A DNA stretch of 64,000 nucleotides from an uncultured bacterium (lineage in GTDB: Bacteria > Babelota > Babeliae > Babelales > Vermiphilaceae): assembly GCA_963719415.1 (NCBI GenBank), contig OY970383.1:748100-812099 (forward strand), in the 5' to 3' direction. Within the stretch, counting starts at the first letter, position 1. Every line of letters begins with the position of its first letter. The translations under genes were made by a program, and so were the position numbers. Below are positions 1 to 8,182 of the stretch, in pieces. The notes beneath the pieces were generated by a model that saw only the letters and a list, made by a program, of their open reading frames with translations, was not told where the DNA came from and did no database searches.

Positions 1-806
1 AACGTGAATTTACAGCCGATGTATTTTCAGCAACACTGGGGCTAGATGAGGCTCAATTAATACATGCTGATTTAGAACGATATACATTCGCTGGCATGAT
101 TAATAATGGTATTCATACAGAACCTCGAATATTACTAGAAGCAGTTTCTTGCATTTTAAAAGCCCATCAAAACAATGGGATTCCAAAAATAGAAGGGTCA
201 GGTGGCGAGACGCAAAGTTCATTTACGAAGCTTGGTGTTGGTGGATGTGTTATAGCGGCAATGACAGGCGTCTGGGCACTTCTAGAATTAGTACCTAGTT
301 ATCGATCAAAAAATAGTACAACAAAAACAAGCTCTCCTGTGAATCAAAGTGAAGTTACAGTAGATGGAGTTCAAAACTTAGAGAAAAGCTTAGGCCAAAG
401 TGGAAGCCTAGCAGAAGACGTCTCTACAATAGTTGAAGAAGCAAAAACAGAAGACATTGTCACCAATCTAGATAAAGCCTTGGAGCAAGCTAAAAAAAAC
501 CTAACTGAAACAACTGTCGGAGACTCAAGGCAAAATAAAAAAGTTCAAGTCTCCGCTCAAGAGAAGTTAAGCTTAGGTCCGATATCAAACGAAACCTTGA
601 GTACGGTGAAAAAAACAGCATTGATTAGTGTATTGGCAGCAGGAGCATTAAAGCTTTGCCATTATTGTTACTCGAATAATGGGGCTAATAAAGCTCAAAT
701 CTGGGTGAAAAAAGCACTTTATTATGCTCAAAAGTATAAAAAAATGACAATGGCCGCAGTGGGTAGCTTAATGGTTGTTGGATTTTATTCTTTACAAAAT
801 AGATAA
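1..806 (+). CDS. hypothetical membrane protein, 5' end outside the window
   Basis: The frame of ORF 96..806 stays open back to base 3 (REFTADVFSATLGLDEAQLIHADLERYTFAG...), so the listed Met is probably internal. Hydrophobic segments: GVGGCVIAAMTGVWALLELV, ALISVLAAGALKL, MTMAAVGSLMVVGFYSL. No family motif recognised. Confidence 0.5.
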   Translation, partial: REFTADVFSATLGLDEAQLIHADLERYTFAGMINNGIHTEPRILLEAVSCILKAHQNNGIPKIEGSGGETQSSFTKLGVGGCVIAAMTGVWALLELVPSYRSKNSTTKTSSPVNQSEVTVDGVQNLEKSLGQSGSLAEDVSTIVEEAKTEDIVTNLDKALEQAKKNLTETTVGDSRQNKKVQVSAQEKLSLGPISNETLSTVKKTALISVLAAGALKLCHYCYSNNGANKAQIWVKKALYYAQKYKKMTMAAVGSLMVVGFYSLQNR

Positions 807-929
807 TAAAGTCATTCTGCATAATTTAAAAACACTTAACAAATCTAAAAAATTAACATACGCTTTTGCTAATAAAAGCTATTATAAAATCATAAAATTA
901 TTATTTAGATAATCTTGTTAGGTAATCTT

Positions 930-2447
930 ATGTCAAAAACAACAAATCAGTTAGATAAAGCAGATCAAACATTAAAAATAACCAATACCCTATCGAACAA
1001 GAAAGAAGTCTTTATACCAATAGATCAAAATAAAGTCTCCATGTATATTTGCGGCATAACCCCTTACTCATCTTCACATATTGGCCATGGACGTTGTTAT
1101 GTCACTTTTGATCTGCTCTATCGCTTACTCTCTTTTTTAGGGTACGAAGTTACCTATTGTCGTAACTTTACTGATATTGACGATAAATTATTACATAGGG
1201 CGCAAGCTGAATTGGGCGATAAACTCCTGTATCGATCCATCGCCGATAAATACATTAAAGAATACCATGAAAACATGAACGATTTGAACTGTATCTCACC
1301 TACCTATGAACCACGAGTCACCGATCATATTCCCGAAATTATCGCTTTTATACAAAATCTAATAGACCAAAATAAGGCGTATGTGATAAATGACGATATA
1401 AATAACAATAGAGAAAATAGCGCTACAGCAAATGGCGATATAAACAATAGTAATATAGGTAGCGATGTCTATTTCCATATTGCTAGCTTTCCGGAATATG
1501 GAAAACTTTCTAAACATAACGTTAAAGATTTAAAAGCCGGCTCCAGGGTCGATATTGATACAAAAAAAAGAGACCCTCTCGATTTTGCATTATGGAAAGG
1601 GGAAAAAGAAGGAACTTTTTGGCAAAGCCCTTGGGGATATGGTAGACCAGGATGGCATATTGAATGTTCTGCTCTAGCCCTTCATTATCTCGGCAAAGAG
1701 ATCGATATTCATGGAGGAGGATTAGATCTTGTGTTTCCACACCATGAAAACGAAGTAGCGCAATCAGAAAGTCTGCTTGGACATATATTCGCACGTTACT
1801 GGATGCACAATGGATTTGTCTGTATTAATGCTGAAAAAATGTCTAAATCTCTCGGAAACTTCTTCACTCTTGATACTATTTTTGTCAAATTTTCTCCTAT
1901 GCTTATTCGTTTCTATTTTTTAAATCATAATTATCGTTCACCGATCGATTTTTCTGTTGAACATGTAGAAATCGTACAGAAAAGCTATCAAAAATTAAGC
2001 AAGCTTTTTGCGGATATAATAAAAAAAAATATTAAAAATAATAACTTAGAAAATAGTCACCACAGTTTGAGCATGCCCATTTTCACTCATGTGAAAAATA
2101 GTTGGCTTGCATATCCATTAATTACCGAAATGCTCAATTTTTTACTTGATGACATGAATACTGTGGGCATGTTTGGAATTTTGTTTGAACAAGTTCATAG
2201 ACTTACTGATAATCAGAAAAACAATGATTTAAGTGAACTAATCGTTTTACATGACTTTCTTTCTACCGTATTGGGACTTGCTTTTGATCCTATAGAAGAA
2301 AAAATTATCGAACTAACACCAGAAATTCAATATCTTATCAATGAAAGAGAGCACGCTCGAACCAATAAAGAATGGGAGCGCGCAGATAGCATTCGCGACC
2401 AATTACATTCCCTAGGATGGATTGCACACGACAAGAAATTGAATTAA
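930..2447 (+). CDS. cysS: cysteinyl-tRNA synthetase
   Basis: Class I aaRS motifs are readable: HIGHGR (HIGH) and KMSKSLGN (KMSKS), plus a WHIECS segment. ATG 930 is preferred over TTG 915. Contains an Asn-rich insertion, NDDINNNRENSATANGDINNSNIG. Confidence 0.95.
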   Translation: MSKTTNQLDKADQTLKITNTLSNKKEVFIPIDQNKVSMYICGITPYSSSHIGHGRCYVTFDLLYRLLSFLGYEVTYCRNFTDIDDKLLHRAQAELGDKLLYRSIADKYIKEYHENMNDLNCISPTYEPRVTDHIPEIIAFIQNLIDQNKAYVINDDINNNRENSATANGDINNSNIGSDVYFHIASFPEYGKLSKHNVKDLKAGSRVDIDTKKRDPLDFALWKGEKEGTFWQSPWGYGRPGWHIECSALALHYLGKEIDIHGGGLDLVFPHHENEVAQSESLLGHIFARYWMHNGFVCINAEKMSKSLGNFFTLDTIFVKFSPMLIRFYFLNHNYRSPIDFSVEHVEIVQKSYQKLSKLFADIIKKNIKNNNLENSHHSLSMPIFTHVKNSWLAYPLITEMLNFLLDDMNTVGMFGILFEQVHRLTDNQKNNDLSELIVLHDFLSTVLGLAFDPIEEKIIELTPEIQYLINEREHARTNKEWERADSIRDQLHSLGWIAHDKKLN

Positions 2448-2474
2448 AAACAAAGTAATAAAAAAAGGATTACG

Positions 2475-3326
2475 GTGAATAGATTGTTTAAAGTAAGTTT
2501 TTTAATAGCAAGTTTAATATCAACCGTAACATTTACTTCAAATATACAGAGAATTCGAACGATTTTAACCAAAGCTTCTTCTGAATATCAATTAGCACTC
2601 GCACAAGTTATTGAAGCCAACACAAAACGCATAAATCATGAGTTACGCGATGAAAGCTTAGAATCAGAATTAAAAGCATCACAAGAAAAACTTGAAGTTG
2701 TCGCAAAAGAATTAAACGATACTGTCAAAAGTATGCCTAGTGACTCTTTATCTAGCCAGCGACAATTATTAAAAACAACAGTTTGGCTAGGACAAGCTCG
2801 ATTAAGGCAATCCTCCCCATTCTTAACCGAAAAGGAAATAGCGGAAGTCCTTGGTGGAGGAATACCCTATGCTGATGTAGATAGAGCTGAGTTTGAATTA
2901 GATTTTGCAATTGAAAACTGTTTTAGTCCACTCCTACCTGCAAAAACACCTTTGGAAATACAACAAACAGTCAATACCGCTTTAGATGATTACATTGTTG
3001 AAGCCACAGGGCCTGAAAGTCAATCCAAAGAATACAAAGCCAATGCGTACTTGCGTTTTATACAAAGAGTTCAAATAGCATGTCCTAATGCTCACACAAC
3101 CATAATTCCTAAAAGCTGGGAGCCTACTCGTTTCAGAAAAAAGCATAGTCGCTTTAGACAAGAACAATATGATCCTGAAGATTATTATAACACCACAATT
3201 AATCCTGCATCCATAGAATTTGATCCATATGCAGAGGGAAAAGAAATATCCTGGCTCGATACTTTGCGATGGACAAAATGCTATTCTTTGCCAGAATTAA
3301 AAAATCCTGAAGCTAGAGCAAAGTAA
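2475..3326 (+). CDS. hypothetical secreted protein
   Basis: GTG start preceded by AAGGA. N-terminal hydrophobic signal-like segment FKVSFLIASLISTVTFTS. No recognisable domain. Confidence 0.55.
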   Translation: MNRLFKVSFLIASLISTVTFTSNIQRIRTILTKASSEYQLALAQVIEANTKRINHELRDESLESELKASQEKLEVVAKELNDTVKSMPSDSLSSQRQLLKTTVWLGQARLRQSSPFLTEKEIAEVLGGGIPYADVDRAEFELDFAIENCFSPLLPAKTPLEIQQTVNTALDDYIVEATGPESQSKEYKANAYLRFIQRVQIACPNAHTTIIPKSWEPTRFRKKHSRFRQEQYDPEDYYNTTINPASIEFDPYAEGKEISWLDTLRWTKCYSLPELKNPEARAK

Positions 3327-3337
3327 AAATTCAAAAT

Positions 3338-3371
3338 GGGTAGAAGACGATTTAAATTTCGCCTCCTACCC
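3338..3371. terminator. imperfect hairpin between convergent genes
   Basis: gggtag...ctaccc arms lie between the stop of 2475..3326 (+) and the stop of trxA (-), followed by an A/T-rich flank. Confidence 0.35.
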
Positions 3372-3402
3372 AATAAATAAAATTCTAATATTTAGCTTTA
3401 GA

Positions 3403-3726
3403 TTAAACGACAAAGGTCATTTCAATTTTTTTTCTAAACGCTTCTTTGTTCATATATCCCGTTACTTTTTCTTTTACTACATTATTATGGATAAAAAGAA
3501 AAGTTGGAACAGATGTTACGCCATATTTAATAGAAATTGCACGCGCTTCATCAACATTAAGCTTAGCAAATACATACTCATCGCCCATATCTTTTTCTAA
3601 TTCTTCAAGAATAGGAGCCATTTGCTGACACGGCCCACACCAAGTAGCATAAATGTCTAAAATAACTGGTTTTGTGGCTTTTTCTATTTCTTTTTCAAAA
3701 TTTTCAGCATTAACTGATATAATCAT
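3403..3726 (-). CDS. trxA: thioredoxin
   Basis: 107 aa with the canonical WCGPC active site and the downstream VTSVPTFLF segment. Confidence 0.92.
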   Translation of the reverse strand: MIISVNAENFEKEIEKATKPVILDIYATWCGPCQQMAPILEELEKDMGDEYVFAKLNVDEARAISIKYGVTSVPTFLFIHNNVVKEKVTGYMNKEAFRKKIEMTFVV

Positions 3727-3829
3727 GATAGACCCTTTAATACACGTATATAAAATATTATATTTTATAATATCATGTTATCTGGTAATAGTATAAACTT
3801 TTAGCCAACTAATAAAAAAACAGTACTCA

Positions 3830-4471
3830 CTATTTATTTACAACACAACACTGTGTCTCCCGTTTTCCTGGATTATCTGACGACTCTTTTGTTGGGCATG
3901 AATAGCCTTCTACCATAAGACTTTTAATAGTAACAATAGGGACTGTTAATTTTTCCGACTTAGTTGATCCATCCTCATCATCAAGAATACGATTAGCATA
4001 TAACATGGTGTTAGACTCAATAAGATATGACCCCTTAACTTGACTATCTTTTTTTCTTACAATTTCTATATATTCTTGCACTCTAAAACCCTCTTTGCCT
4101 TTATAAATCCATAATTGATGCCGGTGAGGGACTTCCAATTCTTCTTGTATAAATTCGTTTAAATCAACAGTAACTTTAACTAATTCTGTTTTAGGATCAA
4201 TTTTTAATTCTATCGTCTCTCTTTCTCCTGTTCTAACCGCTGGATCATGATTCTGTGGCTTTTCATACAAAAGAATATTTTTTGTCTTACCCTCTTCCCC
4301 GATAGCAATATTTTCAATAGCGTACATTTTGCCACCCTCATATGTTTCTAGCTTTCCATAAAAAGAAGCTCCCTTTTTTTCTGGTGCTGACGGAAAACAT
4401 GATAAAAAGGATGGAAAATTAAACATTATAGCAACTATTAAAACCGCCAAACCTATCTGTTTTTGCTTCAT
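3830..4471 (-). CDS. hypothetical lipoprotein
   Basis: Signal peptide MKQKQIGLAVLIVAIMFNFPSFLSC with a lipobox-like L-S-C. The rest has no recognised family. Confidence 0.55.
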   Translation of the reverse strand: MKQKQIGLAVLIVAIMFNFPSFLSCFPSAPEKKGASFYGKLETYEGGKMYAIENIAIGEEGKTKNILLYEKPQNHDPAVRTGERETIELKIDPKTELVKVTVDLNEFIQEELEVPHRHQLWIYKGKEGFRVQEYIEIVRKKDSQVKGSYLIESNTMLYANRILDDEDGSTKSEKLTVPIVTIKSLMVEGYSCPTKESSDNPGKRETQCCVVNK

Positions 4472-4498
4472 ATACTTCCTTTATTTAAACATAGTACC

Positions 4499-4550
4499 AT
4501 TATTACCCAATATTATTACCTAATATTATTACCCAATATTATTACCCAAT
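4499..4550. repeat. tandem repeat, 4 x 13 bp (attattaccYaat)
   Basis: Counted directly: 4499-4511, 4512-4524 (one C>T), 4525-4537, 4538-4550. Lies 28 bp upstream of the start of the minus-strand gene at 4471, in a divergent intergenic region. Confidence 0.9.
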
Positions 4551-4740
4551 GTACATTTACTATAACGTTATAAGATATATAATTTCTATATTTTATTTTA
4601 AAGTATAAAAACGGAAATCTATTTTATAGGCTGACATATTTTTATATCAAAAACAAGTGTTGATTTTGTATTTGAAATTATGTGATACTTGTTTTTAGCA
4701 CCAATATTCTTTCTATATTAGTTATGGATAAGGGAAAAAA

Positions 4741-6597
4741 GTGAGCATTCAAAAAATTATAAAAAAAACAATCATGCCTGCTCTCGTAACTAGCCTCATA
4801 GCGGGAAGTCTTCACGCAGAAACTAATGAACAAAAACTGACTATGTCTACTCCGCCCTCTGAAAATAAAGCTGTCCCCTACTCTGAACCAACTACACAAC
4901 CAATTGTCAAACCAGCTACTCAGCAAACTACTCCGACAGTTACACAATCAATCGAACAACCACCAGCCCAACAACCATCCACGCAGCCGATCAGTCTGAT
5001 AAATAATCAAGAAAACATACAGACCCCGGCTATCCCTGAACAATTTTTAGATAAAAAAACAGAGTTCGATGAAAGCGCAAAACGCAAGAGCGTTGTTGAT
5101 CTTGTTGAACGCGGCGTTGCCTATTTTAATACACATCTTTTAACAGATTCCTGTAATACCTTTTCCCATACACAAAACTTTGTAGAGGGAGAGCTCTATC
5201 TATTTGTCTATAGATTTGATGGTACAGTATTTGCCCATGGACAACAGGTTGATCTTTTATGGAAAAACTTATATAACACAGAAGATGATTTTGGCACACT
5301 TATAGTTCAATCGCTCATCAAAAAAGCTCGGAATGGTGGTGGTTGGGTTACCTACAAATGGCGTAATGCCACCAAAGTTTCATATATAAAAGAAGTAGAA
5401 AAAGATGGCAAATCTTATGTCATTGGAACCGGCTATTATCCTCATTCTAAAATTGATGCCGTAGTCAATTTAACCAAAAGCGCGGTGGCCTTTTTTAATA
5501 AAACTATCAGCGAAGGACGTTCTATTGATGACGCATTCAGCCCCTTAAGTTATCCAATTGGAAAATTTGTATATGGAGATCTCTATCTACACGCATTAAG
5601 CTTTCAAGGAGTCAACCTCGCCCATGGAAGAAGACCTGGTTTAATTGGCACCAGTTCATGGAATTATAAAGACTCACAGGGAGTTTTTGTTAATCAAGAA
5701 ATAATAAAAAAACTCAATCAAGCACCTGATAAAGGTATCTGGGTAGAATATATTTCTGCTGGAGCCCCAAAACGTACATATGCAGAAAAAGTTAAAGATA
5801 AAGAAGGTAATGCCTATTTTATCGCTTGCGGCTACTATCCAGACGCAGATCGCAATAAAACAGAAAATCTGGTACGCAAAGGATATCAGTTTATGAAAAT
5901 GCATGGCCTTTCAACAGCCCAAAAAGCATTTGATAATATCAATGATGTTGATTATAGATATGGGGACTTACATCTTTTTGTCTATGATACAAATGGTAAA
6001 GTATATGCCTACGGAGGAAATACTGAATTAGTTGGGCAAAATCATTATAATCAAATAGATCAAGATGGTAAATTCTATGTACAAGATTTAATTAAAAAAG
6101 CTGAAAGTGGCGGTGGATGGATTGATATTAAAACGAAAAATTCTTTTAAATCACTCTATGTAGAAAAAATAGAATTAGGCGATCAAACCGGAACCTATAT
6201 CATAGGATCAGGAGTATATCCTATTTCGAAAAGTGAGACCATGGAGCTTTTAGCTAAAAGTGGCGCGGATTATTTATCTTCTCATGATTATACAGATGCA
6301 TTTGCTCAATTTGCTAATCCACAAGGACGCTTTATTCGTGGAGATTTAAATCTATTTGTTTTTGATACTGAAGGCATCTGCTATGTATACGGGAATGATA
6401 ATACCTTAATATGGCGCAAAGGAATCAAATGGGTTGATGATGACAATCTCGCATTTATACAAGAAATAATCAATCAAGCTAGTTTTGGGCCAGGATTAGT
6501 AGAATATAAACTGAACAAAGTTCAAAAAATTGCGTACGTAAAATCTATCCAAAAAGAAAACAAAACGTTCATAGTGGGATCAAGTTATTTTAAATAA
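4741..6597 (+). CDS. secreted protein with four tandem single-Cache (sCache_2-like) domains
   Basis: GTG start after AAGGGA. Signal peptide ...MPALVTSLIAGSLHA, then a Q/P/T-rich linker. A block repeats four times: [GD]L[YHN]LFV[YF]xxxG...HG ... GGGW[VI]xYKW / GIWVEY / GGGWIDIK / GPGLVEYK ... SY[IV]...Y[VI]IG[ST]G[YV]YP. This matches the Cache_2 pattern (Y.F..d.dG....hp ... GGGfv.Y.W ... K.sYv ... w.igtGvY). Confidence 0.7.
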   Translation: MSIQKIIKKTIMPALVTSLIAGSLHAETNEQKLTMSTPPSENKAVPYSEPTTQPIVKPATQQTTPTVTQSIEQPPAQQPSTQPISLINNQENIQTPAIPEQFLDKKTEFDESAKRKSVVDLVERGVAYFNTHLLTDSCNTFSHTQNFVEGELYLFVYRFDGTVFAHGQQVDLLWKNLYNTEDDFGTLIVQSLIKKARNGGGWVTYKWRNATKVSYIKEVEKDGKSYVIGTGYYPHSKIDAVVNLTKSAVAFFNKTISEGRSIDDAFSPLSYPIGKFVYGDLYLHALSFQGVNLAHGRRPGLIGTSSWNYKDSQGVFVNQEIIKKLNQAPDKGIWVEYISAGAPKRTYAEKVKDKEGNAYFIACGYYPDADRNKTENLVRKGYQFMKMHGLSTAQKAFDNINDVDYRYGDLHLFVYDTNGKVYAYGGNTELVGQNHYNQIDQDGKFYVQDLIKKAESGGGWIDIKTKNSFKSLYVEKIELGDQTGTYIIGSGVYPISKSETMELLAKSGADYLSSHDYTDAFAQFANPQGRFIRGDLNLFVFDTEGICYVYGNDNTLIWRKGIKWVDDDNLAFIQEIINQASFGPGLVEYKLNKVQKIAYVKSIQKENKTFIVGSSYFK

Positions 6598-6619
6598 ACA
6601 TTATACGAAAGGGTTTTTT

Positions 6620-7036
6620 ATGAATTGCAACTGTAACTGTCGGAATGGTGAGAAGTGTGAAAAATGTATGTCAAACAAAGGATGTGATACTAACAATCAA
6701 TCATCCAACAAAAACAAAGAACATGGATCACAAAACAAAAACAACCAAAACGAATCACAGAACAAGAACAAAGAACAGGGATCGTCTGGCAGCCAAAAAT
6801 CAACTGGAAGTCATGATTGGGAACAAGATTCGTCAAGCAAAAACAAACAGCAGGGCCAAGGATCATACAACAAAGACAACCAAAACGAATCACACGATAA
6901 AAATAAAGAACACGAATCTCATGACAAAAACAACCAAAATGGGTCACACAACAAAAACAGAGATAGCGAACACGAATCATCACACAAAAACAAAGAACAT
7001 GAAAACAGCACAAAGAAAGATACTCACAAAAAATAA
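6620..7036 (+). CDS. Cys-rich N-terminus plus His/Asn/Lys-rich low-complexity protein
   Basis: The N-terminus MNCNCNCRNGEKCEKC is shared with the next gene. The remainder is degenerate repeats such as NKNKEHGSQNKNNQNESQ and NKNKEHESHDKNNQNGSH. RBS-like aaaggg lies upstream of the ATG. Confidence 0.5.
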   Translation: MNCNCNCRNGEKCEKCMSNKGCDTNNQSSNKNKEHGSQNKNNQNESQNKNKEQGSSGSQKSTGSHDWEQDSSSKNKQQGQGSYNKDNQNESHDKNKEHESHDKNNQNGSHNKNRDSEHESSHKNKEHENSTKKDTHKK

Positions 7037-7068
7037 AAGCTGATCGTTTGTTTCATATTGATTTTCAG

Positions 7069-7094
7069 GCAGATAGGCTTAACCGCCTATCTGC
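7069..7094 (+). terminator. 10-bp perfect hairpin downstream of 6620..7036
   Basis: gcagataggc (7069-7078), loop ttaacc, gcctatctgc (7085-7094). The T-tract is weak. Confidence 0.45.
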
Positions 7095-7144
7095 TGTCTA
7101 GTGTTTAAATAAAAATATTCTACTTATACATAAAAGGGTCTTCT

Positions 7145-7588
7145 ATGAATTGCAACTGCTCAGCGAATAAAACATGTGAAAAATGTATATCAAAAAAAGA
7201 ACATGATACAAAAAATCAATCAGCAAACAATAATAATCAACAAGAAAATGGTATTAAAACAATAACCGCTGAGCAATTATTAGAAAAAATGAAAAATGAA
7301 AATTCACTGACCGTCATTAATGTATTATCGCAAGCGTATTACAATAAATGCCACATAAAAGACTCCATCAATATCCCCGTTGATCAGCTACAAGGCACAG
7401 CAAAAGAAAGCTGGGATACAAATGACGAAATAGTCGTTTATTGCGCTAATGATGAATGCCCTCTAAGTCGCAATGCGTATAGCATACTCAAAAAACTTGG
7501 TTTTACTCACATATTGGCATATGAAGGTGGCATTGCAGAATGGAGTAAAAAAGGATATCCCACTGTTGGAGATGACTGTACATTCTAA
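7145..7588 (+). CDS. rhodanese-domain protein with an N-terminal CxC-x5-CxxC module
   Basis: N-terminus MNCNCSANKTCEKC, then a rhodanese-like fold: LTVINVLS...YNKCHIKDSINIP...IVVYCANDECPLSRNAYSILKKLGFTHILAYEGGIAEWSKKGYP. The active-site loop reads CANDEC rather than CRxGxR. Confidence 0.7.
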   Translation: MNCNCSANKTCEKCISKKEHDTKNQSANNNNQQENGIKTITAEQLLEKMKNENSLTVINVLSQAYYNKCHIKDSINIPVDQLQGTAKESWDTNDEIVVYCANDECPLSRNAYSILKKLGFTHILAYEGGIAEWSKKGYPTVGDDCTF

Positions 7589-7636
7589 ACTTTTTAACAC
7601 TTTTAAGTAATATAAATAAATTAAATTGACGCTATC

Positions 7637-7657
7637 ATAGCCCCCAAAGGGGGCTAT
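7637..7657. terminator. bidirectional hairpin between convergent genes
   Basis: atagccccc aaa gggggctat is a 9-bp GC-rich stem with a 3-nt loop, located between the rhodanese gene (+) and the VKOR gene (-). Confidence 0.6.
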
Positions 7658-7726
7658 AGCTCTTATGTCCCTAAAATCTCTTTTTCTATTGCCATTTCTC
7701 ACGAAACTGAGATTAATTACCGGTTT

Positions 7727-8146
7727 TTATTTTCTTAATTGTGTCACCAATAACAGGACATTAATTATATACATAGACACACACACAACACAAAACGACT
7801 TAATTTGCGTAACTAAAATAAGAAAGAGCACCGCAGATGCAAAACAACCTGTAATAGACAGCCAAAAAAGTGCTGTTTTCATACACAATAAAGCACATAT
7901 AATAATACTCAGATAAAAAAATATACCCAATAGAGAATTCGAGATACCAAACATCTTATTATAAGGACTTAAAAGAGGCTTTGAACAAGAAAAACGATCC
8001 GATATATCACAAAAGGGCTTATAGTTTTGATCTTTTTTTAATAAATAGTCTAACCTATACGAATATATCGAAAAGAACAAACCCAATACTGCCAATATAA
8101 TAGTATGTGTCATCATAGCTTGAGCGCCTATAATAGGTATTATCAT
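7727..8146 (-). CDS. vitamin K epoxide reductase (VKOR) family membrane protein
   Basis: Four hydrophobic helices. Loop cysteine pair and Ser in FCDISDRFSCSKPLLSPYNKMFGISNSLLG. CxxC sits in the last helix (SFCVVCVSMY). Confidence 0.78.
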   Translation of the reverse strand: MIIPIIGAQAMMTHTIILAVLGLFFSIYSYRLDYLLKKDQNYKPFCDISDRFSCSKPLLSPYNKMFGISNSLLGIFFYLSIIICALLCMKTALFWLSITGCFASAVLFLILVTQIKSFCVVCVSMYIINVLLLVTQLRK

Positions 8147-8182
8147 AACTTAAATCCCTTTTTAATTATTATTTTTTTCTTC

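Noticed and set aside
1522-1794. Short ORFs antisense to or nested in cysS, leuS, rpsA, uvrC, the ABC exporter, the secretins, aspS and the outer-membrane protein (e.g. 1522..1794, 19067..19354, 42189..42458, 53648..53881, 61127..61369, 62608..62871)
   Set aside because: Each lies within a long CDS that carries unambiguous family motifs on the other strand or in another frame.
6645-7043. Long alternative-frame ORFs (6645..7043 + and 6690..7013 -) overlapping the His/Asn/Lys-rich gene
   Set aside because: They arise from the same A/C-rich low-complexity repeats, which lack stop codons in several frames. They have no RBS or independent motif, so they are treated as compositional artefacts.
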